Notes under the pieces: generated by a model
The model's database searches: none
Told to the model about the DNA's origin: nothing
Seen by the model: only the letters and a program-made list of their open reading frames with translations
Position numbers and translations under genes: made by a program
Shown here: positions 35,901-48,908 of the stretch, piece after piece
Layout: each line of letters begins with the position of its first letter
How positions within the stretch are numbered: position 1 is the first letter of the stretch
Origin: Lingula anatina
Taxonomy: Eukaryota; Animalia; Brachiopoda
Assembly (NCBI GenBank): GCA_051362555.1
Contig: CM120643.1
Span: forward strand, 9,300,001-9,364,000
Length of the DNA: 64,000 nt
Direction: 5' to 3'

Positions 35901-38900
35901 AGACAACCAAATGGATGCTAACAAATCACTTTTCAGGAGGCCAAGTGAGTTCACAGTTTAAAAAACTGGCAAATGATTCAAGTCTGGGTTATCTTCCGTG
36001 GGTGGCTGTCGCGATGTGCTGTGGCAAAAAGGATGAACCACTTCAACAGGTCAAACAGAAGCCCCAACAACAGAAGGGTCACTTCTTCTGTTTCCTACCA
36101 CTCCCACTAGAAGAAAAAAGTGTGACTGGTCTTCCAGTTCACATGAGCGGTTTCTTTGCACTCAGCCAAAATCGCAGACACCTAAAATGGCCCACCACTG
36201 ACCAAGATAGATCTGCCTTGACTGATAAAGCTCTTCTGTGGAACATCTGTCTGGTGGAAGAAGCAGTTTCAGTGGCATATGCTGAACTCCTAAATTGTGC
36301 CATTCTCGCAGGCTTTTCACCAACGTGCATTTATAATGCAATGCCAGACTGCAGTGCAACTGATCCCAAATTTGAAGAAATGGTCACACGTATGTACAGA
36401 GTGACTCTATTGAGGCAATCATTTTTTAGCCCAACAGATGACACATGGTACAATGCTAGTGAAGTCTTGTTCAATGATATAAGCTCTAACATTGACAATG
36501 TTGAAGATCTTGTGAATGTTCTAATTCTCAGCGGCGAAAAGATTTGCACCATCCCATCACATGTAAAAGCTGCATTACAAAAGCACAATATAAAAATTGC
36601 AAAGATTCAGCCAGGACATGTACGCACTGCTCTAAAGAAACCAAATGTGTCAACCTGGGTAGACAGCCTCTCATTTGACAAAAAGATGTCCATCCTAAAG
36701 TACATCCTCTCTGATTCAGCCTATGGTGATATAATTGGGATCAAATTTTTACCCCGAAGTGACCAGGTTTTTGTTAGGTTCCAGTCCAGTGCAAGTGACG
36801 CACCAGAAATGTATGTTCCAACCAAAGATCATCCAAAAGACCTTCTCCCTGGGTTGACCGACAACTTATTGGAGACTGAGAGAGTCCCATCTGAGGTTGC
36901 CACACACCTGGAAAAGATCGCAACTTCAGGTAACTATTAACAAAAGGGCCAGTCCATGTATCATATATTTTTAAGAGGCAAAATTTCTAAACAACAATTA
37001 TAATCAGCTAATATGCAAGTTAAATTAAAACAATTTTATTATTATTTTTTCAGATTTTATATACAGATCTGTAAATGTCTGTAAATATTCTGCTCCTTTA
37101 CTGTTGCCATATGTGTACAGTTGAACTGTGACTATCACCATATGAAATGGGTGTTAACTCTGCAAGAAAAAATGATTTTATGGATGTCTCTATATGCCAG
37201 TTATGCATGCTGTCATTGATATATATTATTTATGAAATACAAATTTAATAAAAACTGCAATTTGAAAAACAATGAACATTTGAAAAAATGAATTTTCATT
37301 TTTCTTTCACTTTAGGATTAACCCAGTTGAGAATTCTAGACAAGACTTCAATGTCGGAATTGATCAGAAGACTTTTCAACCCCTGCACAGACAACACCAA
37401 GCCTTGGGATCCGAAGTCCACCAACCATCCTACTCACAGCTGGCTTAAGATGGTGTGGGGGTACCTGACCCTGCAGTTCCCTGACAATCTCTCCAGATTT
37501 GAAGGCTTACACATTCTGCTTGATTTGGCTTCTTGTAGAATTGTGAAGCTGAGTTCTGCTTTGCCTGCTTTGATAACTTGTTGGAAAGGGGGCAGACTTG
37601 ATGATGGTTTAGCTAACAGGCTTAAAGCTTTGGGGGTAATTGTATTTCAGAATCTCCCCAAATTTATTGAAGATCACCATGCTGTTGTGCCAGAATACAT
37701 AAGTCCTCCAACACCTGAAGGTGTTCTGCAGGCTCTTTCAAATGTGCAGACCCAAACCAATTTAGAAATGATGAAAGAATGGACATTGGCAGAGAAGGAT
37801 GAGCTCAGAAAATTTCTCTCTGAAGCCTCTGCACATGACATAAAGTCACACAAGGAATTGCTTATGAGACTTCCAATCTTTAGGTCTGTTGGTGGAATAG
37901 AATTTTCCACAGTTTCTCTCCATGAGGCAAAGGATGCCTTACATCGAAGTCCAAGCTTTTCATTACGTTGTAAGTTTATTGATGCGTCAGGAACAGACTC
38001 TGAAATGCTTATACAGCAATTAGGAATGACAATATTGGACACAAATGACTTGCTAAAAGAGATTGTGTTAGCAGATATTGAGTGGTACAAGGAAAGGGGA
38101 GAGATTGATCTTTTGATGAAGCAGGTACTGACCATCAACATGAATGAAGATGAATATATATACCAAATGGTGAGAGACATTCCATTTGTTCCAACTGAAT
38201 CAGGAAAAAGATTTAAAGCAAGCCAATTGTTTGATCACCATGATTCAGTTGTATATGATCTCTTTCATGGGGTATGTGACGTCTTTCCAACTGGACATTA
38301 TAAGGATGAACCCCAATTACATGCAGCTCTGAAGAGGTTAGGATTGAAGACAGAAAGAGAAAAAATAGCTGCAGAAGACATTTACAAGGCAGCTCAGTAC
38401 ATTCACAGCTCATACACAGTGGGATCTGCCACGCAAAAACTTTTGATAGGTAAATCAGAAGCAATTATGACCATTTTAAGTTCCAGACCAACAATATTAA
38501 AGAATAAGCTAAAAAATGGAAACACGCTCTCAGGCAGTTTGAAAAGCACCAGGTTTATCAAGGTCAAGCCAAGGCCAGAGAATTATCCCAATTCTTTGCC
38601 GTGGGGTCCATTGGATTGCAGCTTTTTAAGTCCAAGTGAGTTGTGCAGCAGCATCTATGAAAATGTGATAGGTTCTGTGGGGCATGTCTCCGATGAGGTT
38701 GTGAATGAAGAGATTGCCAATGAATTTGGATGGAATGAAAGGCCCACCATGCCAAAAGTCATTGCCCAGTTAGAACAGGTAGTAAGCCATTATACCAGCA
38801 GAGAAAAGGGAGTCTTTCTGCCAATGATTTTAGATATCTATGGGGAATTGTTTCATTCAGTTAGGGGGGATGTTCCCTACGAAGGCCTGAAATCCACCTC

Positions 38901-41900
38901 ACAGAAATGGATCTGGAATGGGGATGGGTTTTCCTCATCAAAAGATGTTGTCCCTTTTATTCCTTCAGAACTACAGGGGATTCAGCTGCACCCTCATTTA
39001 TTTGTCCTTCCAAGGGAAGTAGAGCAATTCAGCAAACAGTTTTGCCAGTATGGTGTGGAACCAAAAGATAAACTTGAAATCATTCTGCAGGTGCAAACCA
39101 ATATCCAAATCAAATACCAACAAGAAAGGGTCCAGTCCCAGATGACCACCAGCAATGCTGTAGATCTTGATGCACAGAGAGATCTTCAGACCATTATTGA
39201 TCTGTTGCACATTGTTGAGTCAATGGACAAGGTGACAGTAACCCGCCTGCAAGATGTGCTGTTAGTGCCTATTCATAGTGATGACAAATCCACCCTCATC
39301 CTTAAGTCGGTCTCCCAGTGCACTTACTGTGATATGGACTGGCTGCAGCAAGGGTATGATGTGACTGATTTTAGTGATGAAGAAACAGAATCTATCTTCT
39401 TTGTCCATGAGCATGTCCCAATGCAAACTAGTGAAAAGTTAGGTGTACCAACCCTTATGAGTCGTATTTTAGATGCAGAAGGGTTGGACATGAACTATGG
39501 CCAATCCGAGCCACTGACCCGTCGCCTTCACAACCTGCTTAAAGAAGGTTACACAGATGGTTTATCTGTTCCTAAGGAACTTATACAAAATGCTGATGAT
39601 GCAGGAGCCCAGGAAGTGAAGTTTCTGTATGACCAGAGAGAAAATGAAGATGCCCAGACATGCTTGATAGATGATGGAATGCGAAGTTGCCAAGGACCTG
39701 CTCTCTGGGCCTATAATGATGCTGTGTTCACAGAAGAAGATTTCAAAAACCTTGCTCAGCTGGGGGGTGCAACCAAAGAAAAGATGAGTGACAAAATTGG
39801 CAAATTTGGACTTGGGTTCAATGCAGTCTACAATCTAACTGATGTCCCAAGTTTCATTAGCAATGACAGCATAGCCATCCTTGATCCTCATATGAAACAC
39901 TTGGGAAGAGCAGCAAGATCGAAACCAGGAATAAAGATTAATTTAAAAAACGGAAAAAAGCTTCAGAAATTGAAGAACCAATTCAAGCCTTTTAATGGGC
40001 TTTTTGGCTGCAATCTTGATTCCACTGCCAAATCTTGCATGGTTAGCTACAATGCAACATTGTTTAGATTTCCCCTACGGACAAAGGAACAATCCTATAA
40101 AAGTGAGATCAGCGATGTGCATTATGATGAAAAACAAGTGCAAGTGCTTCTTCAGAAGTTGGTCAATTCTTGTTCAGAAGTTCTACTTTTTACTCAAAAT
40201 GTGAAGAAAATATCAATTTATCACCTCCCCAAGGATGGAACCCCATCAATGATGCAGTGTATCTATGAAACAACAAAGAACATCTCAAAAGTGATAAGAT
40301 GTTTGCATTTACCAGAGCTTCAGCCAACACAAATTTTAAGAGCTTCAACCCAAGCCCTCCAATCAGCTGAATCAGCCCCAATACCTGAAGACACACAAAA
40401 TCCAACAGTGTCCCTTGTCCTTGAAATTTCCTCCAAAATGGATGCAGGTAATGTGAGTATTATTAAAACTGATGAGAGAAATGATTTCTGGCTGGTTACT
40501 TCATGCATGGGGAAACTCACATCACAGATGTTGACCATGTGCGAGGGTTCCGGTCTTGTACCTACAGGTGGAGTGGCGGTGCGTTTGGAGGAGTGCAGTG
40601 TTGAAGGCAGCATAAGCTATGCACCAGTGTGTACTCAGAAGGGAACATTCTTTTGTTATCTCCCTCTTCCAATTTCCAGTGGATTCTCATTCCATGTCAA
40701 TGGAAGCTTCTCTGTAGAGTCCAGCCGCAAACATCTAACTGAGAAAACCACTGATGATAAAGTTTCAAAAGGAGCAGAATGGAACCAAGTCATCTTGAAG
40801 GATGTCATTCCCAAAGCACTTCTATTTTGTCTTGAGGACTTAAAAGAGTTAACACATGGCACGTCTTACAGCTTTAGCGAATTGTGGCCAACCTGTGGGA
40901 GCACATACGAACCAGTATGTGAACCTCTTATGCAGCAGTTTTATGCCTCCTTATTTTTCACAGAGGAACAGCAGGCGCCCGCTTTATTTTCAAATGGGGA
41001 AATGTGGAAAAATGTCCACAATGTTGGTATCCTCTCAGAAGATGTCAAGGGATCAGATGTAGTGAGCCATGCTGAAAGAATATTAGAAGATTATCTCCAG
41101 GAGAAGGGAAAAATATATGTAAAAGTTCCCAGTGAGACCATGAAAACCATGTTGTCATTTGCCCCTGGAGAGATTCAAAGAAAAATCATGTTTGACCTTC
41201 ACAGATTATACAAAGAAGCAGTTTTCCCAAACATTAACACTCTTGATGACGATGTCAGAGATGCATTGATACTTAATGCAATTGACCAGGAAGATGAATA
41301 TCTCAATAAACTGTTGCAGGAACATTCCTGCATTCCTTCCACACCACATGGGCAGTTGAAGCGACCTTGTGATCTCATGCACCCAGATAGCAGAGCTGCC
41401 TCATTGTATCATGAGGAAGATGGGATATTCATCAAAGGAACTGAAAGGTCATACCTGAACCCACGACGCCTTCTGGTATTGGAAAAACTTGGCATTTTTA
41501 AAGACATCAGCTGTGAGCAGATTTTGGAGAGAGCCAAAAGTGTTGCTGGGCTCCATCAAACAGATAATGTGAGAGGAGTAGAGAGAGTGAAGGAGATATT
41601 GCAGTACCTAGACTGGAGGCTGAGTGGAAAAGAAGATAGTAAATTGAATATTGAACTCAGTGGTCTATTATGTAAAGTACCATTCCTTCCAGTTAAGCCA
41701 AAACCAGAAGGTTACCCACTTCCTTGGAAAGGCAATCACAACAATCTTGCTGCACCAGAAGAATGCTTTTCAATAGATGTGGAAACTTTGGTATCTTCTA
41801 CTGCTGCTGTTATCAACAGGGAGGAATTGGAAATGATGAGAAGTGTGGAAAAGTTTCTCAAAATACAATCTCAGACAGATGTCAAACTTGAACAGGTATG

Positions 41901-44900
41901 GCACCAGTTTGATGAGACAATTGCAGCTGCCCCAAATTGTGGAGAGTTTGAAAACAAGCTGAAAGGTCTAATAAAGGACATTTATCAGTATCTGAATGAT
42001 TTACTGCAAAAGGAACCTGCTCAGCAGCCCACTATCAGTAATGCACTGCAAGAGAGAAGTGGGGTGTACATTCCGCAGTCACAAGAGTTTGTTTCGGGTA
42101 GTAAAGTAATTTTCCATTCCAAGCCCAGATTTGAACCACTTCTTTTTGAGCTCCCTTATGATTGGAGAAACTTCTGTGATGTCATGAAAGCTGCTGGTGT
42201 CCGAGAAGACTTTGATATTGCAGATTATATAAAAGCCCTACGGGCACCACATCAAACATACAACAAAAAATCATTACCATCATATATACTTCAAATTGCG
42301 TTTGCATTACAGGACAAAATTGACCATGAGGTAAAAACTAAGAATGCACCCCTTACAACGATGCTGAAATCAATTGAAGATAAAAATGGGCCTATTTATT
42401 TACCAGATGAGGATGGAGTGATGTCTGAAGCAAAGAAACTTTGCTTTGATGATTGCCAATGGCTTGAGAATGATGATGATAACATGCATTGTGCACACAA
42501 AAACATCCCACGTCATGTTGCTATAGGCCTAGGTGTTCAGACAAAAAGAGAAGAAAAGCTTAGAAAATGTTCAATGGGAATTGGCTTTGGTCAAAAGGAA
42601 AAACTTACAAACAGAATCAAGAGAATACTAGAAGGATACCCCTGTGACCAGGATGTCCTGAAAGAGCTCTTGCAAAATGCAGATGATGCAAAGGCAACTG
42701 AAGTTCACTTTGTTTTAGATCCCAGAACCCATTCCACTAAGCGCATCTTTGAGGATTGTTGGCAGCCATTGCAGGGACCAGCTTTGTGTGTTTACAACAA
42801 TAGTCCATTTACACAAGCAGACATAGAGGGTATTCAGAACCTAGGTCAGGGAAGCAAGAGTGAAGATCCAAACAAAACAGGGCAGTATGGGGTTGGTTTC
42901 AATGCTGTATATCATCTCACAGATGCCCCATCTTTCTTAACCAAAGGACAGGAAATTGGAGAAACATTGTGTGTCTTTGATCCACATTGTATTTATGTGC
43001 CAGGTGCTTCTATTGCAGAGCCTGGAATCCGTTATGTTGACATTCCAAAGTTAAGAAAGTCTTTCCCAGATGTTTTTTCAAGCTACTTGGATAACATGAG
43101 AGAATCTTTTCCAATGGAGGAAGCTACCTTGTTCCGATTGCCCCTCAGGAATGAAGACATGGCCAGACAATCCAAGATAAAACCTAGACCTGTTACCATT
43201 CCAGACATGCAGTCCCTCATGGAAACATTCCGGGGCGATTTATTTCTGATGATGCTATTTCTCAATAACATTAGGAAAATAAGCGTCTCAGAAGTAAATA
43301 TGGTCACTGGAAAGCTTCAGAACACATACAGTGTTGAGGCCCGTCTCAGTGCTGAACATACACAGGCACAGCAGTCCTTTCTACAGGAAATGGTGAACGG
43401 CACAGAGAGACTGAAAACACAAGAACTGACAGTGGACCAGTTGCATCCCATTAATGTTTCTTTCACAATGTCCTTGGAAGACAACGAAGGCAGATTGGAA
43501 ACATGGCTTATCACCCAACAGTTTGGCTTCAGCAATCCAAACTCGATATCTAGAACTTTAAAGAAAGCCCTCTGGGACAAAGAGTTGGGATTACTGCCAC
43601 GTGGAGGGGTAGCACTGCTTCAAGCTGACAGTTTACCGACAGAGAAATTTGACCTGCGTAAAAGCAGAGTATTTTGCTTCCTGCCGCTCCCACTGATAAC
43701 AAACCTCCCTGTTCATATCAATGGTCACTTTGCACTGGATCATGAAGCCAGGAGAAACCTTTGGATGGACAGTGAAAATGCTGATGTGAAAACTGAGTGG
43801 AACAACACATTAATAGAGCAGACAGTTGCCCCTTGCTACACTAATATGCTTCAGCAAACAAAGGAGATTATCATTGAAGATATCGCTGGAGGTGATGAAA
43901 ACAAGATAAGGAAGTCTTTGAGCAAGTATCATAAGCTCTTTCCTAATATCAAGCATGAGGAAAATTACATATGTTGTCTGTCTCAAAAAGTATACCAGTT
44001 GACCAGCGAACTTCATCTGAAGGTTCTTCCAGTTTTGCGACATGCAAGACTGAGCGAGACGGGGTTTAAAGTTGCATGGTTTTCACCTACAGGAAGTGGA
44101 AAAGATGAAGTATTCTTTGATGACTTAGGTACCCAGATTCAGGAACCAGGGCCTAGCTCCAGAGAAACATCAAAATGTCACAAACCATCCTCCAGTGAAA
44201 TTGTTAGAAGAATTTTATGTGAAAGCAATTTCAATCTTTCATGTTGCCCAATGTCAATATACAGAAATTATCAGAATGCAGACGTCCAGGTGAAAACTGT
44301 TAGTCGAGAAGCTGTGCTTCGTTTTTTTCAAACCTACCAAAGACCTGACAGGCTGTGTTTCATTTCATGCTCAGATCTTCCAGAAGACATTGGAAAAACC
44401 ATCTTTGGAAATGTAAGCAACCTTCGCACCATGTTGGAGTTTTGCAAGAAATCTGACAATTTTGTGCAGCTGCTTGAGGGCTCTCCATTGCTTGCAACTG
44501 AGGACAACAAGCTGAGGACCTTTAGTTCTAAAACACCTGTATTTTGTTCACGTTTCTCGAACTTGCTGCCTTTGTATGCTGCATCTTTTTGCCATAGGTT
44601 ACTGGAACAAAAAATTTTTTGTACAAACCACGAAAGGTCAATTTTCAAAAACTTCAAGGTATCTGATCTTGCAGAAAGGCTACCATTTGCCTTACCAGAA
44701 AGGCTACAGAATGGGGGTATGGTTCAGTGGGATTTGGAGGCTCCGTCAAAGGAGTGGATCCAATTACTGTGGACATACTTTCACTCAGAGGCTGGTAGAG
44801 CTTTTCACTCAGAGGCTGGTAGAGCTTTTCACTCAGAGGCTGGTAGAGCTATTGAAGACAACAAAATTATATCTTTATTGAAGCCACTTTCCCATTGGTG

Positions 44901-47900
44901 CCTTTTGCCAGTAACTGTAGGGCAATCAACCTGTTTGCTTCAGATGACACAAGCCCGTGAAGTTATTGACAGCCAGGATTTCATCTTCAGAAGTAAGATT
45001 TTGGATGTCTTACAAAAGTTGGGTGTTCCACAGCTAGCCCATACCTTACTACAAGGTTCTGGTGAGACCTCACATGCAATAATTGGCAACCATAGGGATC
45101 CAAGTTCCATGGTCATCACATTAGAAGGGGTAGCCAAACGACATAAACTAGCAGGCAGACTAAATGTGCAGGAATGCCATGTTATATTGGAATATTTTTG
45201 GCAGAATCTTGATTTGCTGAAAAGGACTCTTGAATTGAAACGGAAATTGTGCAGTTTTCCTTTTTTTCTATCTGCAAAAGAGGAGATTGTCAGCATTGAA
45301 GGAAAAAACACGTACATTGCACCCAGCTCTATCCCTTTAGATGGCATGCAGCTAATGGAAGGAGATGGTCAATGTTTTGCCTTCTTGAAACCCAATGTAA
45401 TGTTAGAGCCACTCTACACATGGTTGGGTTGTCAAGTACTCTCTGAGTGTGATATGTACTGTAATTTTATTTTACCAAGGTTTGAAAGTCTCTCAGAGGA
45501 AGAAAGGATTAAACACTTAGAGTTCATATCAGTCAAATTTCACTATGGAATTGGTCAAGGTGACAGGAAGAGGCTGATTTTTGAACTTTCTAATGTGAAG
45601 TTCCTACCTGATAGCCGGAGTGGAATTCCTGGCACCCTGTCAACTGCATCTGCTTTTTATGATCCTCACAATGAACTATTTAAAGCTATGCTTACAGAGG
45701 AAGATTTTCCATCGGAGCCTTTTAGATCTGAAGCAATTATGCATTTGATGCGTGAGATAGGTTTACAGCAACAAGTCACTCCAGAGAAGCTCACTGGTTT
45801 TGCCAAAGCCATTGAAATGGGGGCTAGTCTTGCATGCAAAAGTAGAAATGAGGCAGAACGCGAAAAGAGGGAAAAGCAGGCACGTGCAGTAGTTACACAT
45901 CTTTTTTCGAGAAAGAATGTAGTAAATGAAAGTCACTTATTGGACAGTGTTAAAGATGTGGCCTTTCTACCCCAACGTGTTGCTCCAAGCAACCTTCAGA
46001 GGCTTTGCCCTCATGGCAATAGGGATGGAGAAACAGTGAGGCCTTTCATCTGCTTCAGTGGTGCTGTCTCATACAAGCAGGAACATGAACATTTGTCATG
46101 GACAAGTGTTTCATTCTTGGAACGTTGGGCAGAACCAAGGGACAGACAATTGTGTGAAAACCTTGGAATGAAAGAAACCCCCTCCTTGGAACAGGTGATA
46201 GACCATTGTTGCAATGTGTGCCGAAATTTGCAAGAGCAAGTCAAACATTTGACATCAGAAGAATCTAAATTGCTCTCTGAAATTATGGGGCAGATATATC
46301 AGCACTTGGAATCTAATCAAAGCCAAGATAAAGAAAATCAAAATTGGATTCATCAGCTGCAACACTTAGAATGCATTTTAGTACAGGATGGAAAAAGGTT
46401 TGTTTATCCGAATCAAGTTGCTACTTCGTGCTTGGAAGAAGAAGAAATAAAGCCTTATCTTTATGCTGTGCCTTCACAGTATGCTGGTTGTAAGGAGGTC
46501 TTCAAGCTAATAGGCAGCACAGATAGACCCTCCTTCTATCAATATGCCAATGTATTGGAAAGGATTCATAAAGATAGCGAAAAGAAAAAACTGGAACCAA
46601 ATGAAAAGAAAACAGCATTGAAAGCAATGGGCTTTTTGTATAAAAAACTTCACAGGGGGGATGAATGGCCAGAGCAGGTAAAACTGTTATACTTGCTCAC
46701 TTCTGCTGGGGAACTGAGGCAGTCCAAGGACATTATCTTCATCAATAACATGTCCCATTTTGACCGACTGCAGAAATTTCCATTGGAAGAACCCATGCTT
46801 GCTCGCCCTTCTAAGGAAGAATTTGGACTTGAGGTCCCATCATACAGCGATGTTGCTGAATGTTTGCCAGAATGTTTGCGCCTTAGATATCTGACTGATG
46901 TTGTCAAAGAGAAACTTCAATCTGAACCAAACATCAACAAACTTGCAGAGCATCCTTTGAAATGGAAGTTACAATCAGAAAATTTTTATCAGGCAGTATT
47001 GCGTCTCCTTCGTCATGCTGGTAGAACACAAGGCTTCACTGTGAGTCAGCAGGACAGAGATGAGCTACAAGAAAACATTGAAAACATCAAACTTCACTTT
47101 GTAACAGAGTTGACCACTGTTTTAGAATACAAAGGAAAGGTTTTGTCTGGTAGCGAGATAACACCAATGTGCTTCTACCAAAAGGCCCATTGTGGGCAAC
47201 AGTCTCATTGTTTTTATTTAAAAAGCAATTTTCAGATGCGCAGCTTTTCACCCAGGTTTGTTGAAATCTTAAACAGTTTATCGAAAGGGAGACTGTCAAC
47301 TTCCCTCCATCACCTGTGCCATATCCTAGATGAAACAGTTGATGAGATTTCAAGATATTTGGATGATCAGGGCATTCCACCAGATGATTATTGCTCAAGC
47401 ACCAGTGTTCTACCCACCCCTGGCACTTACCTTCACATAGAAGACCAGCATCTGCTATCTGAGAATTTTCACCGCTTTGAATGTGGTGAATACGTAGGCT
47501 ATGAAGTAGAGGATCCATTGTTGAAGAGTCTTGAGGGCCTTCCGACATACATATATGCCATTGTGCTAGAAGAGATCATGGAAGATGCCGACTCTCAAAC
47601 CTCAAATGTGCTAAGGAGATACAGAATAAGAATTGGGAGTGAAGAGGATGATGTCCTTGTTGTGACTGGAAATGACCTGTACAAATTTAAACGCACACGA
47701 AAAAATATCTCGAATAATGATGCTTTTAATGATAAAACTCCAACTGAGGATGACTTCTCTGCAACATGTATCGAGGACATTTTGGAAGATATCAGAAAAA
47801 TACTGGAGGCTGCTTGGAAACTTGATGAAAATGAGAGAAAAAAAGTCATCAAGAGACTTCTCAGAAAGTATCACCCAGACAAAAACCTTGGCCAAGAAGA

Positions 47901-48908
47901 TATTTGCAATGAAGCATGCAAATTCATTCAGAGTGAAATAGCTACACTTGACAGAGATACACAACAAACATCTTCATCATCAGCTCAGACAACTGGCCCT
48001 AGAAGGTCACGCACTACATATGAAGATGTGTTTAATCAATTTTACCCCAAAATGGGGCACCGTGCCAGACAGGAGAGAGAATACCATAAGAAGTATTATT
48101 CCGGTGAGAGCCATGGTAGTGACAGGACATATGGTAGATACAGGGATACTCGAACTAATCCCCAACCATCCGAGGCTTCGAGGTGGTTCTGCCAGGCCCA
48201 GTGGGATTTCAAAGCAGTCTCCAGTGACACCAAAGAACTGTCCCAGAGCTATGAGTGGGCTTGTTTCAAATGCCATCAGGTTAGATAATTCTGGTTCCAT
48301 CTCAGTAAAGTTTAAAATGAGTAATTGAGTTGATCATTATGTTATACCTTGAAGTTTCATTTTTAATATTGAATTATTTTAATATGTACAGTATTATCAT
48401 AAGTCGATTTAATTTTTAAGTTATAATCCCAATTTTTTTCTGTTCTGTCAATCTACTCACTTCTTGTCAATGATTTGTCAATCTTCTCATTTTCTGCAAT
48501 TAAAACTAAACAGCATTTACTATTTCTTTCAAACCAGTACATCATCAATATACAGTAAGTTTATCTACATCACATATATTATAATTTCAGTCAGCAGAAA
48601 AAGCACTGAAGGCCGCACAGTTTGCCATCGATGCCAAACTGAAAAACAACAGTCACGACCTGCCTTCAATGGCCGCCCGTCTTAACCTTGCAGACAATTG
48701 CTCCACTATTTCACAGCTTTCCAGGCGTCTCCAGTCCCTCCTCACACATTCCACTGCCATGCGCTACCCCGACAGGTGTGGGGGTCTACCACATGAGGTC
48801 TACAACATGGACACAGCAACACAAGCTGTGGACATCACAAGCCAACTGCTGACTGAGATCGAGACATTGTTGACAGAAGAAGGTGTGCCGTTGGACAGAA
48901 AAATGTAA
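26954..48908 (+). CDS. SACS: Sacsin-like protein (~4432 aa): 3 sacsin repeat regions (HSP90-like GHKL), DnaJ domain, C-terminal HEPN
   Basis: Exons 26954-26963, 27320-27405, 27544-27654, 32989-33136, 35268-36929, 37316-48279 and 48591-48908 join in frame (13299 nt). There are three EL(I/L)QNA(E/D)DA...GP(A)L..YN...G(K/Q)(F/Y)G.GF...LFR.PLR...FCFLPLP repeats, a KYHPDKN J-domain motif, and a HEPN region ([19 protein letters not shown]...SHDL...RYPD). The 10-nt first coding exon (ATGGCTGACC|gtaagt) is the least certain part. The gene may be a paralog rather than a strict ortholog of SACS. Confidence 0.93.
28235..29531. mobile_element. hAT-like non-autonomous element, ~1.3 kb, in sacsin intron
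   Basis: TIRs CAGACTTTAGGAAAGGC / GCCTTTCGTAAAGTCTG, flanks CCTGAT / CCCGAT. The internal part 28790-29415 is duplicated at 22455-22530 + 25271-~25830. It is nested in a CCCTCTACC-family MITE (~28222-29648). Confidence 0.75.
30222..30774. mobile_element. PIF/Harbinger-like MITE, TAA TSD
   Basis: TAA|TAGCCCATTCACACTA ... TAGTGTGAACGGGGTA|TAA, with internal subterminal GTTCACAC motifs. Confidence 0.7.
33200..33384. mobile_element. MITE, CAGGCCCGTAGC TIRs, 5-bp TSD TGCAC
   Basis: TGCAC|CAGGCCCGTAGC ... GCTACGGGCCTG|TGCAC, with an internal AAAAGGTCCACT repeat. Confidence 0.85.
34811..34968. mobile_element. MITE, CAGGGGCGGAT TIRs, 5-bp TSD TACAG
   Basis: TACAG|CAGGGGCGGAT ... ATCTGCCCCTG|TACAG. 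Confidence 0.8.
44779..44850 (+). repeat. In-frame perfect 3 x 24-bp coding repeat (FHSEAGRA)3 in sacsin
   Basis: tttcactcagaggctggtagagct repeated three times, identical at nucleotide level. Confidence 0.95.

Noticed and set aside
37674-48328. Many antisense and alternative-frame ORFs within the giant sacsin exon
   Set aside because: Expected shadow ORFs of a long coding exon; no independent features.
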